Assembly: GCA_964057225.1 (NCBI GenBank)
Contig: OZ059894.1
Location: forward strand, 682,001 to 746,000
DNA: 64,000 nt
Direction of reading: 5' to 3'
Source of the DNA: Auanema rhodensis
Taxonomy: Eukaryota; Animalia; Nematoda
The notes under the pieces are model-generated. The model worked only from the letters and a program-made list of their open reading frames with translations. It had not been told where the DNA came from and made no database searches. Positions 55,201-64,000 of this stretch are shown here, one piece after another; position 1 is the stretch's first letter; every line of letters begins with the position of its first letter. The position numbers were made by a program, and so were the translations under genes.

Positions 55201-58200
55201 AATCTAATTTTGAAAACCGCATCTTTTTATCTTTCACGTGAAGCGAGTTACATACCAAGTGCACATCAGGTGTACATTTAATTAGCATAAATTAAAGTTC
55301 ACGTAAATTTCAAAGTCATGGTTACCATGCACCAATATCAATAAAAATTTGTTTTTAGACTAATATGGACATGGGGAATCTAATTTTGAAAACCGCATCT
55401 CTTTATCTTTCACGTGAAGCGAGTTACATACCAAGTGCACATCACGTGTACATTTAATTAGCATAAATTAAAGTTCACGTAAATTTCAAAGTCATGGTTA
55501 CCATGAACCAATATCAATAAAAATTTGTTTTTAGACTAATATGGACATGGGGAATCTAATTTTGAAAACCGCATCTCTTTATCTTTCACGTGAAGCAAGT
55601 TACATACCAAGTGCACATCACGTGTACATTTAATTAGCATAAATTAAAGTTCACGTAAATTTCAAAGTCATGGTTACCATGCACCAATATCAATAAAAAT
55701 TTGTTTTTAGACTAATATGGACATGGGGAATCTAATTTTGAAAACCGCATCTCTTTATCTTTCACGTGAAGCAAGTTACATACCAAGTGCACATCACGTG
55801 TACATTTAATTAGCATAAATTAAAGTTCACGTAAATTTCAAAGTCATGGTTACCATGCACCAATATCAATAAAAATTTGTTTTTAGACTAATATGGACAT
55901 GGGGAATCTAATTTTGAAAACCGCATCTCTTTATCTTTCACGTGAAGCGAGTTACATACCAAGTGCACATCACGTGTACATTTAATTAGCATAAATTGAA
56001 GTTCACGTAAATTTCAAAGTCATGGTTACCATGCACCAATATCAATAACAATTTGTTTTTAGACTAATATGGACATGGGGAATCTAATTTTGAAAACCGC
56101 ATCTCTTTATCTTTCACGTGAAGCGAGTTACATACCAAGTGCACATCACGTGTACATTTAATTAGCATAAATTAAAGTTCACGTAAATTTCAAAGTCATG
56201 GTTACCATGCACCAATATCAATAAAAATTTGTTTTTAGACTAATATGGACATGGGGAATCTAATTTTAAAAACCGCATCTCTTTATCTTTCACGTGAAGC
56301 GAGTTACATACCAAGTGCACATCACGTGTACATTTAATTAGCATAAATTAAAGTTCACGTAATTTTCAAAGACATGGTTACCATGAACCAATATCAATAA
56401 AAATTTGTTTTTAGACTAATATGGACATGGGGAATCTAATTTTGAAAACCGCATCTCTTTATCTTTCACGTGGAGCAAGTTACATACCAAGTGCACATCA
56501 CGTGTACATTTAATTAGCATAAATTAAAGTTCACGTAAATTTCAAAGTCATGGTTACCATGCACCAATATCAATAAAAATTTGTTTTTAGACTAATATGG
56601 ACATGGGGAATCTAATTTTGAAAACCGCATCTCTTTATCTTTCACGTGAAGCTAGTTACATACCAAGTGCACATCACGTGTACATTTAATTAGCATAAAT
56701 TGAAGTTCACGTAAATTTCAAAGTCATGGTTACCATGCACCAATATCAATAACAATTTGTTTTAGACTAATATGGACATGGGGAATCTAATTTTAAAAAC
56801 CGCATCTCTTTATTTTTCACGTGAAGCGAGTTACATACCAAGTGCACATCACGTGTACATTTAATTAGCATAAATTAAAGTTCACGTAAATTTCAAAGTC
56901 ATGGTTACCATGCACCAATATCAATAACAATTTGTTTTTAGACTAATATGGACATGGGGAATCTAATTTTGAAAACCGCATCTCTTTATCTTTCACGTGA
57001 AGCGAGTTACATACCAAGTGCACATCACGTGTACATTTAATTAGCATAAATTAAAGTTCACGTAAATTTCAAAGTCATGGTTACCATTCACCAATATCAA
57101 TAAAAATTTGTTTTTAGACTAATATGGACATGGGGAATCTAATTTTAAAAACCGCATCTCTTTATCTTTCACGTGAAGCGAGTTACATACCAAGTGCACA
57201 TCACGTGTACATTTAATTAGCATAAATTAAAGTTCACGTAAATTTCAAAGTCATGGTTACCATGCACCAATATCAATAAAAATTTGTTTTTAGACTAATA
57301 TGGACATGGGGAATCTAATTTTAAAAACCGCATCTCTTTATCTTTCACGTGAAGCGAGTTACATACCAAGTGCTCATCACGTGTACATTTAATTAGCATA
57401 AATTAAAGTTCACGTAATTTTCAAAGACATGGTTACCATGAACCAATATCAATAAAAATTTGTTTTTAGACTAATATGGACATGGGGAATCTAATTTTGA
57501 AAACCGCATCTCTTTATCTTTCACGTGGAGCAAGTTACATACCAAGTGCACATCACGTGTACATTTAATTAGCATAAATTAAAGTTCACGTAAATTTCAA
57601 AGTCATGGTTACCATGCACCAATATCAATAAAAATTTGTTTTTAGACTAATATGGACATGGGGAATCTAATTTTGAAAACCGCATCTCTTTATCTTTCAC
57701 GTGAAGCTAGTTACATACCAAGTGCACATCACGTGTACATTTAATTAGCATAAATTGAAGTTCACGTAAATTTCAAAGTCATGGTTACCATACACCAATA
57801 TCAATAACAATTTGTTTTAGACTAATATGGACATGGGGAATCTAATTTTGAAAACCGCATCTCTTTATCTCTCACGTGAAGCGAGTTACATACCAAGTGC
57901 ACATCACGTGTACATTTAATTAGCATAAATTAAAGTTCACGTAAATTTCAAAGTCATGGTTACCATGCACCAATATCGATAAAAATTTGTTTTTAGACTA
58001 ATATGGACATGGGGAATCTAATTTTGAAAATCGCATCTCTTTATCTTTCACGTGAAGCGAGTTACATACCAAGTGCACATCACGTGTACATTTAATTAGC
58101 ATAAATTAAAGTTCACGTAAATTTCAAAGTCATGGTTACCATGAACCAATATCAATAAAAATTTGTTTTTAGACTAATATGGACATGGGGAATCTAATTT

Positions 58201-61200
58201 TGAAAACCGCATCTCTTTATCTTTCACGTGAAGCGAGTTACATACCAAGTGCACATCACGTGTACATTTAATTAGCATAAATTAAAGTTCACGTAAATTT
58301 CAAAGTCATGGTTACCATGCACCAATATCAATAAAAATTTGTTTTTAGACTAATATGGACATGGGGAATCTAATTTTGAAAACCGCATCTCTTTATCTTT
58401 CACGTGAAGCAAGTTACATACAAAGTGCACATCACGTGTACATTTAATTAGCATAAATTAAAGTTCACGTAAATTTCAAAGTCATGGTTACCATGCACCA
58501 ATATCGATAAAAATTTGTTTTTAGACTAATATGGACATGGGGAATCTAATTTTGAAAATCGCATCTCTTTATCTTTCACGTGAAGCTAGTTACATACCAA
58601 GTGCACATCACGTGTACATTTAATTAGCATAAATTAAAGTTCACGTAAATTTCAAAGTCATGGTTACGATGAACCAATATCAATAAAAATTTGTTTTTAG
58701 ACTAATATGGACATGGGGAATCTAATTTTGAAAACCGCATCTCTTTATCTTTCACGTGAAGCGAGTTACATACCAAGTGCACATCACGTGTACATTTAAT
58801 TAGCATAAATTGAAGTTCACGTAAATTTCAAAGTCATGGTTACCATGCACCAATATCAATAAAAATTCGTTTTTAGACTAATATGGACATGGGGAATCTA
58901 ATTTTGAAAACCGCATCTTTTTATCTTTCACGTGAAGCGAGTTACATACCAAGTGCACATCAGGTGTACATTTAATTAGCATAAATTAAAGTTCACGTAA
59001 ATTTCAAAGTCATGGTTACCATGCACCAATATCAATAAAAATTTGTTTTTAGACTAATATGGACATGGGGAATCTAATTTTGAAAACCGCATCTCTTTAT
59101 CTTTCACGTGAAGCGAGTTACATACCAAGTGCACATCACGTGTACATTTAATTAGCATAAATTAAAGTTCACGTAAATTTCAAAGTCATGGTTACCATGA
59201 ACCAATATCAATAAAAATTTGTTTTTAGACTAATATGGACATGGGGAATCTAATTTTGAAAACCGCATCTCTTTATCTTTCACGTGAAGCAAGTTACATA
59301 CCAAGTGCACATCACGTGTACATTTAATTAGCATAAATTAAAGTTCACGTAAATTTCAAAGTCATGGTTACCATGCACCAATATCAATAAAAATTTGTTT
59401 TTAGACTAATATGGACATGGGGAATCTAATTTTGAAAACCGCATCTCTTTATCTTTCACGTGAAGCAAGTTACATACCAAGTGCACATCACGTGTACATT
59501 TAATTAGCATAAATTAAAGTTCACGTAAATTTCAAAGTCATGGTTACCATGCACCAATATCAATAAAAATTTGTTTTTAGACTAATATGGACATGGGGAA
59601 TCTAATTTTGAAAACCGCATCTCTTTATCTTTCACGTGAAGCGAGTTACATACCAAGTGCACATCACGTGTACATTTAATTAGCATAAATTGAAGTTCAC
59701 GTAAATTTCAAAGTCATGGTTACCATGCACCAATATCAATAACAATTTGTTTTTAGACTAATATGGACATGGGGAATCTAATTTTGAAAACCGCATCTCT
59801 TTATCTTTCACGTGAAGCGAGTTACATACCAAGTGCACATCACGTGTACATTTAATTAGCATAAATTAAAGTTCACGTAAATTTCAAAGTCATGGTTACC
59901 ATGCACCAATATCAATAAAAATTTGTTTTTAGACTAATATGGACATGGGGAATCTAATTTTAAAAACCGCATCTCTTTATCTTTCACGTGAAGCGAGTTA
60001 CATACCAAGTGCACATCACGTGTACATTTAATTAGCATAAATTAAAGTTCACGTAATTTTCAAAGACATGGTTACCATGAACCAATATCAATAAAAATTT
60101 GTTTTTAGACTAATATGGACATGGGGAATCTAATTTTGAAAACCGCATCTCTTTATCTTTCACGTGGAGCAAGTTACATACCAAGTGCACATCACGTGTA
60201 CATTTAATTAGCATAAATTAAAGTTCACGTAAATTTCAAAGTCATGGTTACCATGCACCAATATCAATAAAAATTTGTTTTTAGACTAATATGGACATGG
60301 GGAATCTAATTTTGAAAACCGCATCTCTTTATCTTTCACGTGAAGCTAGTTACATACCAAGTGCACATCACGTGTACATTTAATTAGCATAAATTGAAGT
60401 TCACGTAAATTTCAAAGTCATGGTTACCATGCACCAATATCAATAACAATTTGTTTTAGACTAATATGGACATGGGGAATCTAATTTTGAAAACCGCATC
60501 TCTTTATTTTTCACGTGAAGCGAGTTACATACCAAGTGCACATCACGTGTACATTTAATTAGCATAAATTAAAGTTCACGTAAATTTCAAAGTCATGGTT
60601 ACCATGCACCAATATCAATAACAATTTGTTTTTAGACTAATATGGACATGGGGAATCTAATTTTGAAAACCGCATCTCTTTATCTTTCACGTGAAGCGAG
60701 TTACATACCAAGTGCACATCACGTGTACATTTAATTAGCATAAATTAAAGTTCACGTAAATTTCAAAGTCATGGTTACCATGCACCAATATCAATAAAAA
60801 TTTGTTTTTAGACTAATATGGACATGGGGAATCTAATTTTAAAAACCGCATCTCTTTATCTTTCACGTGAAGCGAGTTACATACCAAGTGCACATCACGT
60901 GTACATTTAATTAGCATAAATTAAAGTTCACGTAAATTTCAAAGTCATGGTTACCATGCACCAATATCAATAAAAATTTGTTTTTAGACTAATATGGACA
61001 TGGGGAATCTAATTTTAAAAACCGCATCTCTTTATCTTTCACGTGAAGCGAGTTACATACCAAGTGCTCATCACGTGTACATTTAATTAGCATAAATTAA
61101 AGTTCACGTAATTTTCAAAGACATGGTTACCATGAACCAATATCAATAAAAATTTGTTTTTAGACTAATATGGACATGGGGAATCTAATTTTGAAAACCG

Positions 61201-64000
61201 CATCTCTTTATCTTTCACGTGGAGCAAGTTACATACCAAGTGCACATCACGTGTACATTTAATTAGCATAAATTAACGTTCACGTAAATTTCAAAGTCAT
61301 GGTTACCATGCACCAATATCAATAAAAATTTGTTTTTAGACTAATATGGACATGGGGAATCTAATTTTGAAAACCGCATCTCTTTATCTTTCACGTGAAG
61401 CTAGTTACATACCAAGTGCACATCACGTGTACATTTAATTAGCATAAATTGAAGTTCACGTAAATTTCAAAGTCATGGTTACCATGCACCAATATCAATA
61501 ACAATTTGTTTTAGACTAATATGGACATGGGGAATCTAATTTTGAAAACCGCATCTCTTTATCTCTCACGTGAAGCGAGTTACATACCAAGTGCACATCA
61601 CGTGTACATTTAATTAGCATAAATTAAAGTTCACGTAAATTTCAAAGTCATGGTTACCATGCACCAATATCGATAAAAATTTGTTTTTAGACTAATATGG
61701 ACATGGGGAATCTAATTTTGAAAATCGCATCTCTTTATCTTTCACGTGAAGCGAGTTACATACCAAGTGCACATCACGTGTACATTTAATTAGCATAAAT
61801 TAAAGTTCACGTAAATTTCAAAGTCATGGTTACCATGAACCAATATCAATAAAAATTTGTTTTTAGACTAATATGGACATGGGGAATCTAATTTTGAAAA
61901 CCGCATCTCTTTATCTTTCACGTGAAGCGAGTTACATACCAAGTGCACATCACGTGTACATTTAATTAGCATAAATTAAAGTTCACGTAAATTTCAAAGT
62001 CATGGTTACCATGCACCAATATCAATAAAAATTTGTTTTTAGACTAATATGGACATGGGGAATCTAATTTTGAAAACCGCATCTCTTTATCTTTCACGTG
62101 AAGCAGGTTACATACAAAGTGCACATCACGTGTACATTTAATTAGCATAAATTAAAGTTCACGTAAATTTCAAAGTCATGGTTACCATGCACCAATATCG
62201 ATAAAAATTTGTTTTTAGACTAATATGGACATGGGGAATCTAATTTTGAAAATCGCATCTCTTTATCTTTCACGTGAAGCTAGTTACATACCAAGTGCAC
62301 ATCACGTGTACATTTAATTAGCATAAATTAAAGTTCACGTAAATTTCAAAGTCATGGTTACCATGAACCAATATCAATAAAAATTTGTTTTTAGACTAAT
62401 ATGGACATGGGGAATCTAATTTTGAAAACCGCATCTCTTTATCTTTCACGTGAAGCGAGTTACATACCAAGTGCACATCACGTGTACATTTAATTAGCAT
62501 AAATTAAAGTTCACGTAAATTTCAAAGTCATGGTTACCATGCACCAATATCAATAAAAATTTGTTTTTAGACTAATATGGACATGGGGAATCTAATTTTG
62601 AAAACCGCATCTCTTTATCTTTCACGTGGAGCAAGTTACATACCAAGTGCACATCACGTGTACATTTAATTAGCATAAATTAAAGTTCACGTAAAATTCA
62701 AAGTCATGGTTACCATGAACCAATATCAATAAAAATTTGTTTTTAGACTAATATGGACATGGGGAATCTAATTTTAAAAACCGCATCTCTTTATCTTTCA
62801 CGTGAAGCGAGTTACATACCAAGTGCACATCACGTGTACATTTAATTAGCATAAATTAAAGTTCACGTAAATTTCAAAGTCATGGTTACCATGCACCAAT
62901 ATCAATAAAAATTTGTTTTTAGACTAATATGGACATGGGGAATCTAATTTTAAAAACCGCATCTCTTTATCTTTCACGTGAAGCGAGTTACATACCAAGT
63001 GCTCATCACGTGTACATTTAATTAGCATAAATTAAAGTTCACGTAATTTTCAAAGACATGGTTACCATGAACCAATATCAATAAAAATTTGTTTTTAGAC
63101 TAATATGGACATGGGGAATCTAATTTTGAAAACCGCATCTCTTTATCTTTCACGTGGAGCAAGTTACATACCAAGTGCACATCACGTGTACATTTAATTA
63201 GCATAAATTAAAGTTCACGTAAATTTCAAAGTCATGGTTACCATGCACCAATATCAATAAAAATTTGTTTTTAGACTAATATGGACATGGGGAATCTAAT
63301 TTTGAAAACCGCATCTCTTTATCTTTCACGTGAAGCTAGTTACATACCAAGTGCACATCACGTGTACATTTAATTAGCATAAATTGAAGTTCACGTAAAT
63401 TTCAAAGTCATGGTTACCATGCACCAATATCAATAACAATTTGTTTTAGACTAATATGGACATGGGGAATCTAATTTTGAAAACCGCATCTCTTTATCTC
63501 TCACGTGAAGCGAGTTACATACCAAGTGCACATCACGTGTACATTTAATTAGCATAAATTAAAGTTCACGTAAATTTCAAAGTCATGGTTACCATGCACC
63601 AATATCGATAAAAATTTGTTTTTAGACTAATATGGACATGGGGAATCTAATTTTGAAAATCGCATCTCTTTATCTTTCACGTGAAGCGAGTTACATACCA
63701 AGTGCACATCACGTGTACATTTAATTAGCATAAATTAAAGTTCACGTAAATTTCAAAGTCATGGTTACCATGAACTAATATCAATAAAAATTTGTTTTTA
63801 GACTAATATGGACATGGGGAATCTAATTTTGAAAACCGCATCTCTTTATCTTTCACGTGAAGCGAGTTACATACCAAGTGCACATCACGTGTACATTTAA
63901 TTAGCATAAATTAAAGTTCACGTAAATTTCAAAGTCATGGTTACCATGCACCAATATCAATAAAAATTTGTTTTTAGACTAATATGGACATGGGGAATCT
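49278..64000. repeat. Array domain 5: 21-mer HOR (3694 bp, about 2.8 copies at 52266-62467) plus related partial copies
   Basis: TTATTTTTC at 53120, 56814 and 60508; AATTCGTTT at 55174 and 58868; TGGAGCAAG at 52779/56473/60167 and 53834/57528/61222. All are spaced 3694 = 21x176-2, because each unit holds two 175-bp monomers. Confidence 0.9.

Larger units (their letters stand above)
1..64000. repeat. 176-bp tandem satellite DNA array (about 364 head-to-tail monomers), probably centromeric or heterochromatic; runs off both window ends
   Basis: CAAGTGCACATCACGTG recurs at 1, 177, 353, 529, 705, 881 and so on in the same orientation to the end of the window. Phase shifts only through rare 1-bp indels (+T near 6291 and 14563; -1 near 26313, 28470 and in the T-tract of many monomers after 49.7 kb). 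The centromeric call is inference from length and homogeneity only. Confidence 0.99.

Noticed and set aside
1-64000. CRISPR array or other repeat-spacer system
   Set aside because: There are no unique spacers; the full 176 bp is repeated. No cas genes are present.
1-64000. Embedded transposon, inversion or unique island
   Set aside because: Monomer phase and orientation are continuous throughout apart from 1-bp indels, and I saw no foreign sequence.

Overview
The whole 64 kb window is one uninterrupted, head-to-tail tandem satellite array of about 364 monomers of 176 bp (about 32% GC, counted on monomer 1). Most copies differ from consensus at 0-5 positions. Consensus: CAAGTGCACATCACGTGTACATTTAATTAGCATAAATTAAAGTTCACGTAAATTTCAAAGTCATGGTTACCATG[A/C]ACCAATATCAATAAAAATTTGTTTTTAGACTAATATGGACATGGGGAATCTAATTTTGAAAACCGCATCTCTTTATCTTTCACGTGAAGCGAGTTACATAC. 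I found no genes, RNA genes, transposon insertions, inversions or CRISPR spacers. The single 60-aa ORF comes from one stop-loss SNP in one monomer. Nucleosome-scale monomer length, AT richness and homogeneity fit a eukaryotic centromeric or heterochromatic satellite (inference); I cannot assign the organism or family. Two levels of structure stand out. (1) Each monomer is densely tiled with dyad symmetries and carries three CACGT cores spaced 32-33 bp apart, two of them full CACGTG E-/G-boxes. (2) The array splits into about five domains, each with characteristic SNP sets and its own higher-order repeat (HOR) periods: nested 5/13/25-mers, 9-10-mers, 11-12-mers and a 21-mer of 3694 bp. Two HOR-poor, singleton-rich zones also occur, one of them between two HOR domains. 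All variant positions were read by eye and should be confirmed by alignment. There is no evidence for a novel protein-coding system.
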